Origin: Pelomyxa schiedti
Lineage: Eukaryota; Protista; Evosea
Direction: 5' to 3'
Length of the DNA stretch: 64,000 bases
Assembly (NCBI GenBank): GCA_020536535.1
Contig: JAHLWZ010000869.1
Coordinates: 1-64,000, forward strand
Part shown: in pieces, positions 1 to 13,700 of the stretch
Position numbering within the stretch: position 1 is the stretch's first letter
Layout of the letters: the number at the start of each line of letters is the position of its first letter
The notes under the pieces: generated by a model
Told to the model about the DNA's origin: nothing
Databases searched by the model: none
Seen by the model: the letters and a program-made list of their open reading frames with translations, nothing else
Program-made: the position numbers and the translations under genes

Positions 1-357
1 TTGGACGTTTCAGTCAAAAAACGGCATAATGAATGAAAAATAAAAACAACCAACAAAAAACAAGTTTATCCACTGGGCGCACCCAGTGCATTTCGTTTGA
101 TTTTGATGATAGTTCTCGTTTGTTCTTTGTGTGTCCAACCCTCGGTTTTACCCCAAGTTTGCCGCACCCCAACTTATTGCGGAAACTAAGTACTAAGTTG
201 GTTCCGAAGACTAAACCCCGAAAAGCATTGGCCGCCCCAATTAAATCTGGACCACAGCAGTAAAGTAGAACCATGGACTTGCTAGATCCTTTTGTCAAGT
301 TGACCTGGTGGTCCTCAACAATGGGTCTGCCATTCGATCTCTTCGAAAAACGGGTGA

Positions 358-813
358 ATGAAGAGCGAGACTAACGTAGTTGTTGCCACGTACGGCACCC
401 TCAAGCGAGGGTTCCGCAACCACGGCATGCTCGAGGGTGCAGAATATCTCGGCGACTCGGTGGCCCGCGGGGCCATGTTCCTGCGCCCCTCTGGCCCCTG
501 TGCCCTCCTCATCGCCCCCACCCCCACCGGCACGGACCACGCCCCCACCGACGGCGAGCCCGAGCCCGGCTGCAGGCCCACGAAGGAGTGGGAGGACGCC
601 AGAGACCACGTGGTTGAGGTGTACAGGTGCACGCGAGCTGTGTTCGAGAGGGTCGAGGCGGTGGAGGTGCGGGACGGCTACGTCACTGGGTGGCTGGGTA
701 CACAGTGGGGACCCGCCGCAGTGTTCTACATGCCACGCAGGGGAGTGTGCGGGACTGACGTGTGGATCCCTGCTTTCACATTGGATGTGCTGGCCAAGCA
801 CAACGCTCTGTGA
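358..813 (+). CDS. Gamma-glutamylcyclotransferase (GGCT/AIG2-like) family protein, intronless
   Basis: N-terminal VATYGTLKRGFRNH matches the family YGTL..G..NH motif; later VVEVY and VEAVE..GY also match; single GC-rich ORF. Confidence 0.8.
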   Translation: MKSETNVVVATYGTLKRGFRNHGMLEGAEYLGDSVARGAMFLRPSGPCALLIAPTPTGTDHAPTDGEPEPGCRPTKEWEDARDHVVEVYRCTRAVFERVEAVEVRDGYVTGWLGTQWGPAAVFYMPRRGVCGTDVWIPAFTLDVLAKHNAL

Positions 814-996
814 TGGGGGCTGACGAGCTGGGCAAGAACCTCTTTCTAAACGTATTTAATTATATTCACTGTGGTGCACGGACCATCCATCCCCCTCATG
901 ATGACCATTGTATTACAAGGACGTTGTTCCACATGAAAGCAAAATTGTACACAAAAAACCAAAAGGGACTGGAATAACAAATGTGTTGTTAATTTA

Positions 997-3900
997 TCAA
1001 GATACACAACATTCGTTGGCGTTGGCCGTGGCACCCACGGGGTTTCTGCCCCTGCCCCTGGCCCTGCCCCTGCCCCTACCCTTGTTCCTCTTGGCTCTGG
1101 CCCTTTCTGCCTCTTCGCGCCGCTTGGTCTCAGCTAGCTCTTGTTCGGCTCTGAGGGCCTCCCCAGCCAGTGCCAGCTCAGTACCAACCTTGAACGCCAG
1201 GTCCACGTTATAGCCTGTGATGGGGCACGTTTCCACGTAGACTCCCCCGTATTCCTGTGCCAGCTGCGATGCCTTTTTTGGGTGTGTGAGCTTTAGTCAT
1301 TGTATTTTTGGTTTTGTATTTCGGGTTGCGATTGTATGTGATACAGACTTGATCCACTGTGACTTCCCGAGATTTGCTGTCAGTGTGGGTTCCAATCAGT
1401 ACTCTGGCTGCAGTCTGATAAATGCCAGAAATTAAGACTTGGTTTCAGTGTTGTGGTTGTGACTCTACTCTTACCTGGTGATACAGTCCAAATCGGTCAA
1501 CTGTTTTGAGCCACGAGGTGGCTTGATCAAACGTGAAGGCATCTTTTTGAAGAGAGAGGAACAGCCGGTTGGGATTGGGTCCGTGATTTTGTGGTGAATA
1601 TGACCATACCTTCAAGGGAAAAGCAAACCATGAACAGGTGACAGCGCTTCAGACGACGAATCAAAATGTCAGTAAACCGTATGGATTCATCATGAGTCCT
1701 TACAAACACTGCAGGATGATGGTTGGTTTCAGAGAAAATAACACTCAGAATGTGAAATACCAGTCAAGCCCACTACCTATAGGGGGGGTGGGTATGAAGG
1801 AACACTCATTTTAAAGAAGGAAATAGATGGTTAGCTGTGCTTGTTATGTGAGATGGCAAGCAGGTACCTTGGTGTTTGTTTGCAAAATCATTCGGGGTGG
1901 ATAGTCATTGTCAAAGGGTGTCCGAGATTCCTTCCGGCAAAATTGATATGCCAATGTCATTGCTCCTACTCCAAATTCTCCTGCACAGAACCCATCAGAA
2001 AACGAAACAGGATGAAAACAAGGAAAAACTACCAAGGATCATGCAGGAAAGTTCAATTTCTGTTGGTTTCGGCGATCCCTCAACAATAAAGGAACCAAGT
2101 CCACTCGAAAATTGCTTGAAGAACTTTTCACAGTACAGGAACTGATCTTTTCTCAGATTCCTCGATTCCCAGTACGAAGGTGAGTTCGATATTTCATCTA
2201 CCAACACAAGAAAGTCCTTTTGTCTGGGCTTGAAAAAAATTTTCAGTTGGTGAAGTTCTTACCCTACAAACTCGCCTGCAACGATAAAGATCCCTTGGGG
2301 GTAACAGCGAAAGGATTTCAACAACAGTGAACAGCGGTATCATAATTCCCTTGAGTTATCAAATTTGTTTTCATAATATGTGTATAAACTGTGAGGAGAT
2401 TATGAAATTGAGTCTACCTTCCTACTAGAAAGAGACTCGAAGACATGTATTAGTTCAAGGTTGTTTGATTGCTGTGCCAACTGGGATGGTTGCCCCACAT
2501 TCGTTTGGATCTAGTACGCAATTAGTTGTGCCTTGGATCCACTCCGTCATACGCTTGGGTTTGCATTGCTTTCCTGGAGTGTACTGGCATTAAAGAGGAA
2601 ATACTGCAAACTTTCTAGGAGTTGCATACCAGAAGCACTCGTGTCATCAAGGTATTTTTGCTCATAACCGCAATGTGAAGTGGGGTGAATCCATCGTTGT
2701 CAATAGTATTTGGGTTCATCTTTCCCTTGTTGAGAAGCTCCTTGACAAGTGCACAGTTCCCCGATCTGACGGCGAGAAATAGACAAGAAGCTCCTTTTTT
2801 AAACAAAAAAAGAAATGAGCGGGAGTCAAAGCTACACCTTCGGGAATACCTCGATATTGCACTTTGGGATCTACTCCCGACTTGAGTATTGTCCTTACAA
2901 CTTTGTGAAGAAGTGGATCTTCAAGTGGTGGGAGATTGGAGCTTGACCTACACAGTAAATGCAGAGAATGACGTCCGTCATTTGTTTTTGCTGTTGGTTC
3001 TGCCCCTCTCTTGAGAAGTGTCCATGCAATCTACATGGAAACAGTTAAATACCTGAGTGAGGAAAATAAAGGAAAAATTCAGATTTGGTGTACAGAAATA
3101 CGATTTATATGACACCTTCGTTTGACCTGTGCTTACTGCAGACAGAAGAGGAGTCCAGCCATGCCTGTCCACTGAGTCTACATGTGCACCGCAAGATAGC
3201 AGCCACTTAACAAGTTCATAATTTCCACAATGACTACTGATAGTTATTTGGACAGCCGAAGAAACTGGTGTCGTACCAAGCAGCATGTAACAATGTTGTG
3301 CCAGATATATCAACTTGATCAACCCCAAATGTCGTCACTGCCGCGGAGAGTGTTCTCTTCAGTTCAGGAGAAAAAGTCGGTGAGACTTCCACAAGCTGAA
3401 TGAGAGAAGCCGTCTTATTATTGGTAGAGGCAGGTACATATGCCACCCAGTCCACATTGAAGTCGGTTTCCTATAATGATATCAACAGGTGTGTACATGA
3501 GTGACACTGACCTCAGTGTTGAGACCGATAATGCCAAAGCTATTCCTTGTGATATCAGTTATGCTTGTGGATTGGAGTTTATATGAAAAACCAGCTGGAC
3601 CTTTTGTGACCCAAGCAGAAACATGTGGTGGTGAATCAAAAATTTTCCCAAAGGAGATCCTTTGAAAATTAGGAGGGCTTCCTGGGAAGGAGTACCTACG
3701 TGAGGTGTGCATTTACTGCTGCTGAAGATTTGGGTGCAACGTGAACTTTGCCACTTTCAAAAGCAATTGTGTGCAGAGGGAGGGACCGAAAAACCTCTGA
3801 TTAAGTTTAGGGGTGGCAAATTGGTACATTGCCATGGACATAACATACCTTGAAACGAAGCCCTCAGTTGTGTGAAAGACTTCTTTTCAACGTCAATCAA

Positions 3901-4259
3901 TTCCTTTTCTTTTTAGATTCAGACCTTTTTGTTTTAGACAGAGATTGATTACTCAATGTAAGTTGATCCCTCAAGCAGGTATTTACAGCCTCCAGTTCCA
4001 GCATTTCCACTCTATTGGAATCCACCTGCGGACAAAAAAAGTGTACAACTTAGTTCAAGTAAAGCCATAAAACGCCCACCAATTCTAGGAGCTGCTGATT
4101 TTTTTCCGTCAGTTCCCTCACGGCATTTTCGAGTGCCTCAATTTTCAGTGATGCCGTCTCACCCCCACCTCCCATAATTGCTACCATCACCCCACTCCCG
4201 TCACGTGGTAGACTTGACGAGGCGGACACAGGTGGCGCCGTATGTCGGGGAACATCCAT
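997..4259 (-). CDS. Multi-exon ankyrin-repeat protein with C-terminal divergent Ras/Rab-like GTPase domain (may be two genes)
   Basis: Ankyrin exons GTTLLHAA, GWTPLLSAV, GFTPLHIAV (2600-3330). GTPase exons: ILGEFGVGAMTL (G1-like), VLIGTHTD (G4-like), ETCPITGYNVDLAF (G5-like), C-terminal CCVS. Linkage of the exons is inferred. Confidence 0.6.
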
Positions 4260-4549
4260 GGGTGGCGGGTGCAACCAATACTGCAGACTAGCAGCTAGAT
4301 GATCACAGCGACTTGGTGTCTTTTGGTCTCTCTCTTGAGGTTTTTCGTAGAAAATTATCATCGGTGCCACAAACCATACCATGGTCACCTGTGAGCCACA
4401 ACAAAATCTACAGTTACACCCTTGTGACTTGCAAGATTCCACTCTGCAGTATTGAATACATTTGCCTGGGTTTACCAGATATTCCCTCCAGCATTGTAAC
4501 TGATTTGGCTTTGCCTCTGGCATGGTGCAGGGTGGGCAGAGTGATGGTA

Positions 4550-7340
4550 GAAAATTATCTTCTGATTGAGATCTCTGGGAAGTACACTTGTAAGTACGGT
4601 GCGCCAACGCGTAAGACCCACGTAACAACGCACTCCCTTGACACCTGTAATGCACAGCCGATAGCGATGCCGAAGTCCATCCACTCCTCAACGGTGCAGT
4701 AAGAAAGAACCTAGCAACTGGTGTTGGTTCGAACCATCAGAATCTCCTTGTTGGTTGGTGACGCAGCAAGATGGATGATTCTGTGTAGATACTCGTAAGC
4801 TCGATCCGCATGCGGAGACGAAGAGAAAAGATGCACTTGGAGGAAACAATTGGTTCACTGGAGTCGGGATGTCAAGATGTCTGAAAGATCAAAGGAAAAG
4901 ACGGCCTTTCGAACTCGAACAGGATTGTATCAATTTACAATGATGAGCTTTGGCCTAGTCAGCGGACCAGCAACTTTTCAGAGGTTAATGGGACCTTACA
5001 CTAGCTGTGTTGACACCTGAACATTGCCTTGTGTGCATTGATGATTAATCATTTTTCTCGAGAGGATCATTAAATGAACCCCTACCTGACGTTGTTTATT
5101 TGTAGACCAGCTTCTCTGAGACAATCAAACATCTTTCTTACCCACCCTGAGATGCTAAAGAAAGAACTTACCAAGGCACCGATTTTTGCCAATATCCGCG
5201 GTGGGACAAGCCATTTGCTATCGAAACAGACGTTTCAACTACAGCAATATAAGATGGTCGTTATTGCTACCAGAGTATGATTATGAGGTCATAGATCGTG
5301 CGGGACATTTGAGCTTGAGGATTTCGGAGGGCTTCAGTCGAGAGCTGAGGCCAAGGAAGAACCAGAAGTGGTAGGTAACGAGCAAAGGTTGGATGTGCAG
5401 CAAAGGCAAGAGCAGGAAGAACGTCTGCAAGAACGAGTGTCTGATTGATGTAACAGAGCAAGAAGTAGCTCAAAAGCAGAAAGAACATCCTGATGTGAAA
5501 ATATTCTACGAGTTGTGCTTAGGCAATTACAATGTATTGAAGGATGTGCCTGAAGCACCAAAGATTCAAGTTACCTTGTTCAGAAAGAGTTCTTGAGATT
5601 GGTTGAGGGAACACTATGGAGACTGGTGATACCAGCGAAGAATCCTAAACGAACTCAGTGTTGGTGTTTTTTGTGTTTCGAAAGGACCATTGAGACGGCG
5701 ATTGTTGCAAAACTATCATGATGACCTGAGAGGGGGGGAACATAGAGGGGGTGCGAAGATGTATGTTGTTCTTTCAGAAAAAAAATACTGGTGGCCAAGG
5801 ATGTTTGAAGAAATCAAGGAGTGGGTTTCATCCTGTACCACATGTCAACAATTTCGAAGACATAAAGCTAGATATCAACCTAGAAGCATCGAAGCTACTG
5901 AACCCAATAAATGTGTGGCAATTGACCATTCTCTGTGGGACCATTCCCATAAACTGGATCCGGAAAAAACTCTACGTTGTGTGTGGTCGATCTATCTCCA
6001 AAGATGGTCAAATGGTTGAAAACCCTAAATACAGAAGCAGCAACTATAGTGAGATGTATCGAGAAACGTTGGATGGTTCCGCAAGGAGGTCTTAAGTATT
6101 TGGTCTGTGACAGAGATACAGCGTTTGTGAATGATCTTAATACGGAAAATGTGGCAACAGCTTGGGGTATTCGTAGAAATGTGGTTACGGCATATCATCC
6201 ACAATCTAACGGTGAAGCTGAGAACGCTGTCAAGAATGTAAAGCATTGCGTAGAAAAGTAAGTACTTCGAAAGTACAGAAAATCATGCAAGTCTATAAGC
6301 GACGAAATTACTGCCGGTGAAGAGACCGAAGAAACCACAACCACGTGCAGTAACACAACAACCCACAACATCAAAACATCAACGTAAAAAGGACCAACAA
6401 CCAAAACAACAGACACCAAGTCCACAAGCATTACCTACAACCAAACAAGCCACTACAACTGGAGTGACAAATGACGGCATTGCCACTGACACCCTCAATG
6501 ACCAGATCTGACACCGACACCGGAAACACGTGCACCTCCACCCACCGCCTCTCCATTTCCCAACAACAAGTTCCACGCCTCCTTTCACCTCACCAAACTT
6601 CATATTTGGAACGCACGCAGGGAGACGATCGATCGCTGGGGTGCACACCCCGTGGACAAGACGGGGCAATGGCGGAACACTTAAGGGAAACCCAATTGAT
6701 GAAACCCAACTGGGGCCATTTGCGCGCCATGGTACCCAAGACCGGGTGGGTCATCCTCCAGGTCACCCCAACACCAACTCGTGCACACGCCGACGCGCAG
6801 AGAGTCCGATGCCGACGGACGCATCGCCAGACATCATCAAGGACAGGGTCTGGCCTTGCTTCGCTGCGGCTGATTATTGTATCGGATTAGCTTTTCTTTT
6901 CTATCGAGGTGTTCAACTATGGCAACCCCCAGCAGGAGCTGACCGGCCTTTCCCAAGTTCGGTTGTACGGGGACCATCGGAAAATTCTGGATATTTTTCC
7001 CACAAGTACGGTTTCGGAGGAATCATCTGTCAAAACACGGGAGCACAAGGAAAGAATGTTACAGAGGTTCTGGGAGCCCTTAGTGGCCACTGCGGACCGA
7101 GAACTGGAAACATACATCATCATGTGGTTTAAGAAGAATAAGGAGGACAAATACAACGTGTACACCGAACTACAATTACATCATTTAGGAGGACGAAGTT
7201 TCCAGTTCTGGCGAGACCGGCCCTCGGGCGAGCAAGTCGCAAAGAGGACGAGTTCCCCCACAATTGGAACGTGGGGTAATACAGCCAAGGGTTGCAAGGG
7301 ACAAAACTCCTGGAACATTTTTTTTATTTGGTTTTTGTTT
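4550..7340 (+). mobile_element. Degenerate Ty3/gypsy LTR retrotransposon (RT, RNase H remnant, integrase) with stops and frameshifts
   Basis: RT motif [31 protein letters not shown] (~4895-4990); integrase Zn finger YHDD..GEHRG...YWWPRM...CTTCQ (5690-5860); core CDRDTAF...TAYHPQSNGEAENAVK (6100-6240). RT precedes integrase, the gypsy order. Confidence 0.9.
6999..7340 (+). repeat. ~340-bp dispersed repeat, copy 1 (3' part of the retroelement)
   Basis: Closely similar to the reverse complement of 21554-21896; both encode LQRFWEPLVATADRELETY and HHLGGRSFQFWRDRPSGEQVAKRTSSPTIGTWGN. Confidence 0.95.
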
Positions 7341-7799
7341 GTTATTTATCTTGTTGCAAAGTGTCAAGGTTTCTTTGGTATGTTTATTTATACCAAACCT
7401 TTGGAGGAAGCTCAACACGCCAGCGTTCCAATTAACCGCCCTCGGCATCCCTTGTCGTTGGCACACAAAAAAAAGAAGAAAACGAAACAGAAGTTTGGGG
7501 TTTTTTTAAGATTTGAAATTTTGTTTGTCTGCAGCCGACTTGGGGTCCAATCTATTAGCACTTAGAACAGTAAAACAATGCAGGAAAGGAGACATACGTG
7601 GTGCCTACTCCTTGTACTACATTGTCAATTGTTTCTGGAAAGGTATTGTTTGTGAGAGTGAGGAACGCAAAGGCGGCGGAACAACCTGTGGCCGCGGCTA
7701 TTGGGCTGAACACTACAACTGGAAGTGCCTTGAGTAATGCAAATAGGAATCCCTAGTTGACAGTGGGTTTAGTGTGTGTGCCGGTTGGAAAATGGCGTT

Positions 7800-10700
7800 T
7801 CACGCACAGTTCCGCCTGACTTGTGGTATTCTTCCATTGGAGTGCTGTACGCAGTCTCAGCAACGACTTGGAATTCTCGGGAGAGGCTGTTACAGGCAAG
7901 GCGGAGGCCGTCCTGGGTTCCTTGTGGAGCCGCCGGTTTCTTCCCACTGGGTGCACTGCTCTTTCCGCTCTGTTGTTTTGGGTTGGAATTTGTTCCTCAC
8001 TCGCAGTAATCTACACACAAGCCAGTCATTGGTCCAAGATACGCCATCCCTTACATTCCCGCTAACGCATGAAAAGAAATCCAAAGCCTCCTTTCCAACA
8101 ATCTGTTTATAATAAGTTTGACTTGTCCTATGTGTTACTATGTGCATGGTACTTACTGAGGCGAGGCCCACAACTCCGCGATTAATACCTTACGGAGAAC
8201 ACTTGTTCGTGAAAGGGTGCATTCATGAGAGTTGAGATTACCGAGAAGAAGGCTTCTGTCCTTTCTGTACTGGTCGATAGGAAGCAGAAAAACGTTCGCC
8301 ATGCCACTTCCAAGATTCATGAATGTTCGGAGTGGTCTTACACCTTGGGGGAGGAAGGAAAAAGTTATTTCGAGGAATCGACTGGAATGTGGATACCTGT
8401 GGTTGTAACTTGAGCATATAACGTCAACTTGTTTGCAAACAGCTTGTTAACAACAACAACCAGAAGACTCCCCCAAGAATTGCATTCCATCTTGCAAAAG
8501 GATTTTTAGTTGCAGTTTTTTTTTTCCTTTCGTATTTGTACTTGATTTCCCTCCAAGAGAAGCCTAGGTAGTGAAATCTGAGCGCCACTGATTGTAAACA
8601 GGTTCCAAATTTCTTGGCTGGAATTTACTAGGTTTTTCAAGTCCAGTCTCTTTGCTACGTAGTCCAACGCGAATTTTATGGGGGCGATATCCACTTGGTC
8701 TGAGTAAATGTGAGAGTCTGAACAAAGTCGACAAGCTACAAACCAAATACTATGTCATAACAAGGTAACTTAGTTTCATTTAGAACATACGCCCAATTTC
8801 CAAACAGCCATAATGCTGTATCTTGATCAATATGAAGTTTAAATGGGCGTACACCAAACTGCAGAAATTTAGAAACTAAAAGATTTCCGAAGTGTAATAT
8901 TGAAAGGTACTTTGACAAGAACTCGGTCTTGGGTGATTCCCTCAGCAGGTGTACGAGATAAAACGGAGAACTCCATACCATGGAGTGCTGTGTGCCAAGG
9001 TTTGTCCCTATCAAATTCAAAGATCCTATTCAACTCGGAGCACATCAGGTGGTCTTGAAGCTGAATGACAGTCAGTCATTCCGAGCATTTAATTGATGCA
9101 CTCAACCTCTAAATTCTGCAGTGTCAATGCGAAGTAAGAACTAAAAGCTCCCAAGGGAATTATGTAGTAACGAACTGTCATGCCAGAAAGACGCAAAAAT
9201 ATGCACTCTAAAAGAATTAAAATTTGCTGTGGGTTTTGAACTTGAACCTGATTTCTTGCGTTTACTGCTGGAATGTGCTGTGACAATGGGGTTTTCTGCC
9301 CATGGGTAATACGGGCTTGCTGTGGGAGCTGGCTTTTTTGATGTATCACTTGAGGAGGGGTCAGGCCAGTCCAGGTCACAACAAATCCGCATAGAAATGT
9401 TCAACTGCGCAATGACCACTATGTGTCCCGGGTTTTGACATCTGTTCATTTGATATGAAAAACCACACTCAAGGGAACCAACACCCAAGGGAAAAATACC
9501 CTGATGGGAGAGAAAGAATGGTCTGACATTCAGGTTTTTCAGAGATGTAATCATCCACCCTGTTCACAAAAAAAGGATGGGATGGGTTGTGAAAGTGAAT
9601 GGCCGGTTCTGAACTTGAGACCTTGAGACTTGGTTATTTTGGGAGAGTAAAATTTTGGAGTTACATAAGAATGGGTGGATCTTGTGGGTGGAGTATGTAC
9701 GGAATCCACAAGTTTCGTTGGTAGCTCAGACTGGTTGTGTAGTGATGTTTGCAGGAATTTTGGGTCACAGAGGGGTATTATTCCTGGTGCATTGTTTGTG
9801 GAAGGGGAGATTAAAGGTGTTGCTTGCGTAAATGAGTATTGATTTAATAGCGGCACTGCTGGAAGTTGTGGGTTGGGACTAAAGGAAGGCAACGGCGATT
9901 GCACGGAAGTTGGGAAAGGTGGAAATGGAGCGGGAAGTGCCGTGTTCGACGGGAAAAATGGACTCTTTTGCGGCTGAGTTGATGGTTGTGGATTGAAAAA
10001 TGGTTGAGAGTGCTGTAATTGGAGTGCTTGAGGGTTTTGAGGAAATGGTGGAAGTGGTGTAATTTGAGGAAAAGAAAACGGGGAAGTTGGTTGATGTTGA
10101 GGGTTATTGTAGGGTACCTGCTGCTGTGGAAACGGTGGCTGTTGCAGAAAGTGAGGCTGCTGTGGAAATTGTGGCTGTTGCAGAAATGGTGTCTGCTGTG
10201 GCGGTTGCTGATGAAAGGGTGAAGTATGTGACCCAAAAGATGGGGGAGTTGTGAAGGAAATATCATGTGGGGTGTTCGTATCAGTTGTGATACTCCGAAA
10301 AGGGGAATGGGGTGGAGATGTGCCAGTTGCTGTGGAATGAAGCCCTGATAAACCCTTTTTAAATGAAAACTGTTGCATCTGTTGCTGAAGTAATGTTTGT
10401 TGAGCTTGTTTTAAATGGGTAGGTAAGGGTAAATGTGGGTTGGAACTGGGGACTTGAATGCCTTCGTGTGTATCATCAAGTGGAATGGAAATGTCATCTT
10501 CGAATTCCTCGTTCGTGTGCGCATCCTGTTTGTGAGATTGTGTGGATGAGGAGGCTTCAATTTTGCGGAGTTCGGGCATGACTCCGCTCTGTAGAGGTGG
10601 GGGGATCGAGAACGTTGTGACAGGGGACCTTGATTTCCCCAGAGAGCACAGGTACTGAAGGAAATTGGCATTCAGGTATTGTTTGGAGTAGATTATGAAC

Positions 10701-13700
10701 TCAATCAGGACACTCAAGCTGTCAATGCAAAATTCCAAGTCAGCATGAATTTCCGAAAATTTGACCTGCGTGTTTTTTTGGTTATTTTGCTGTTTATGTA
10801 TAAGGTTTTTAAAAAACCTTCAAAGGAGAGGAACCAAAGGGGGGCTTCAATTTAAGGGCAAAATCAAGATTTCCAACTTCGGCAAAATTCATTTCCTTTT
10901 TCAATGTGAAACGAACGTTAAAAAAAAACTTGGATACTTTCAAGTGAGTTGAGAAATTTTGGCTTGGTTGAAAAACGTCAGTGACTGACTTGGTCACAAA
11001 AAACTTCCACATGTGTGCTCTGATATCAAAGGTAGGTCTGGATGCAACAGGCAGAAATATCTTCAAAACCATTACCCATCCAGGTTTTCATGAGAAAAAA
11101 GAACCTTTGTCTGCCCAGTCAAAATTATGGCACATTTTGGTAAGAGGAAACCGAATTTCAAAGCAATGTCATTGGAGGAGATGTAAAACTGCTAGTGTTA
11201 TTCATGATATGGCAGATATAAATCATACTGGGATGCCACGAGAAGGAGAAATGTTAGTAAATGAGAACGCAAGTAGGTTTTCTAGCCATGAGCCACAGGA
11301 GTCTTTTGTTTGTTCATATTATGGAATTAATATATGAAGGAAGGGGTGGGGGCCAAAGACAGATACCTGGACACAGGTCAATTGTCAGGCCATCTACATG
11401 TATGGATATTGCCTGTGAGTGGGAAGCGTGGTCATGGACTTGGGCTCCCTCACGGAGGTATTTCCCAGAACTAAGTACGGAAGGAGTGGCCTGTGCATCT
11501 TCTGACTGTAACATCAGATTAATAACCAGAAAAAAAATTTTTTTCTGATATTGGGAAGGTGGATTTACGTCATTAAACTTTGTCTTATACAGTACTGCTA
11601 TAGGTGAGACTTTTGGTGCATGGCATAGTACAGTCAACGACTGCACACTGTTGACAAAGTAGTCCACCATCTAGATCTTCCCCAGTCAAAGAAAAAGTCT
11701 ACAGGATTCATTTTTTAGGAAATAATACCCTTCCATGGAAGTTGAAAATGTGGATGTGAGTTAATTCCACAAAGCGGACCTCTTCCCACAGATGCATGTG
11801 ATCTGATTCTGGGTGCTTGAGATTGATATAACCTAGCAGCAGAGTAAAAAACCACGATTTGTTGAGGAATGGAAACCAGTAGCGCATTTGAAAGTAATCG
11901 AGAAAGCATTCACATTTGGTTTCTATGATTTTTTTTTTTTTTTGTAATCACTTCAATGAGTTTGTACTCATTTCTTATGACTTACTGTTTGTTTAGAATA
12001 GTCTTGGCAGTAGGACTGAATAAAAGAAAGAAGCTGCTCATAAATCTTGGGGGTAAGATCCAGAGATAAATTTGGAACATCTATCTGCAATAAGTACATC
12101 TGCTACTGTGTTACCACTTGACACAATAACTTGGAATAGAGTACTGAAGCTTCTTGGGCAGCACCCATAAAAAACGATCTTTCATTTTTGGACATCAGTG
12201 GAGACGGCCACGGGGTTGCTGAATAAGTTTCACTGTCGATGACTAATGTTGGCTGGGTGGAAAAGGGAGAATCTTTTGGCGCCTTCAAGGATTGCAACAA
12301 TGTGGAGCCTATGTTGATACTATCACTGTTGAGGGGAACAGTTGGGGTTTCTGGCACACTGTGCTGGTTGGGAGGCAAAGTTTGTTCAGGTGATTCTTCC
12401 TGAACTATAAGCTGGATAGGAGGCTCTTGGGATGTGTTAGTCTGAGGCATGGTGATCTCCAGTACACGTTGTGGAGCAGCTAAAGTTTTTGTTGGTGAAA
12501 AAAACCAAAAGAGACAATCAACCTGCATTTTCTTTGATGAAAGCTCTCAGAGTTTCAAAGTTGAAGGTGTATTTTCCCAAGGTACTTCTGAAATTGAGTG
12601 GTATTTCATGTAACTCCAACGAGATACCTTTTCATAAACAACCCACAGGCTTCAACAATAAGTTCAGAGTGTTCAAAGAAATGGATTGAAGCAGTAATGG
12701 TCCTTGCTTTGACTGTGATATCTGTATTATGCCGAACTTGGTTCTGTTTTTGTTGGCTTTAATTTTTTTATTTTTTTGTATTTTATTTTGTGGGTGGTGG
12801 TAGGTTTTAGGGGTTTGTGCATTAAAATTATGATACCACAGGTTTTGCTAAGCTGATGTATTCCAAAATTCGGCTGTGGAAGTCACCTCTGGAAGATCTG
12901 AGGGGGATTAGATTATGTTTATTTCGGAGCCGAACCTCATTGAAAGAAATGACTGGCTCATACTGGTTCCATGTGAGGCAGTGCAAATTCCTTCCCAAAG
13001 AAAGAGTATGGGTTGCAATAAAGATGCAGCGTGAGAAGATGTTGCATCCCAAAAAACTTGAATATCAGGGAAGTCACACTTTATAGTGGCACTGGGACCG
13101 GTTTCTGAAAGCTGGAGATCATATGGCAGGAAATGAGTGACTCTAGTTTATGAATGATGTGTACCCTCAGTTTTATCTTAATGGAAAAAGGAGAATCCAT
13201 CAGAGATGTTTCACTGGAAGTAACCCTAAGGCATGGTCTGGGGAAGAAATTTGATACATTAATACTGAATGGAGGTAGTGAAGAACATACATGGTACTCA
13301 GGAGGGCTCCGTCTTCTTTTTGTTGTCAAATCATAACATACATGTATAAAGATGTGTAGAAAAGAAAAGGTGATAGTACCATATATGTTCTTTGCAATTC
13401 TCAGGCATGATTGAAACTTGAAGGAGCGCTTACTTTTAGTCCGTTTGTAAAGAGCGCTGAAATTGGATAAAGTTGCACAAATCTCAGTGGAGGGTTTCTC
13501 TGTATTGTAGAGTGCAACCACAATCTGAGAATAGGCAAGTTTGAGGTCTACAACACAGAATTCCTGATACTGGTTGAGGGAAAATTTGTCAACTTATAGC
13601 TTTACAATATCTTGTTCCTCACAGCATTGGGGAATATCCCGAGATTCGGTATTTTCTGCACTGCTGATAGTAATTTCCTTAGCCAGGTTACTTATGCTTT

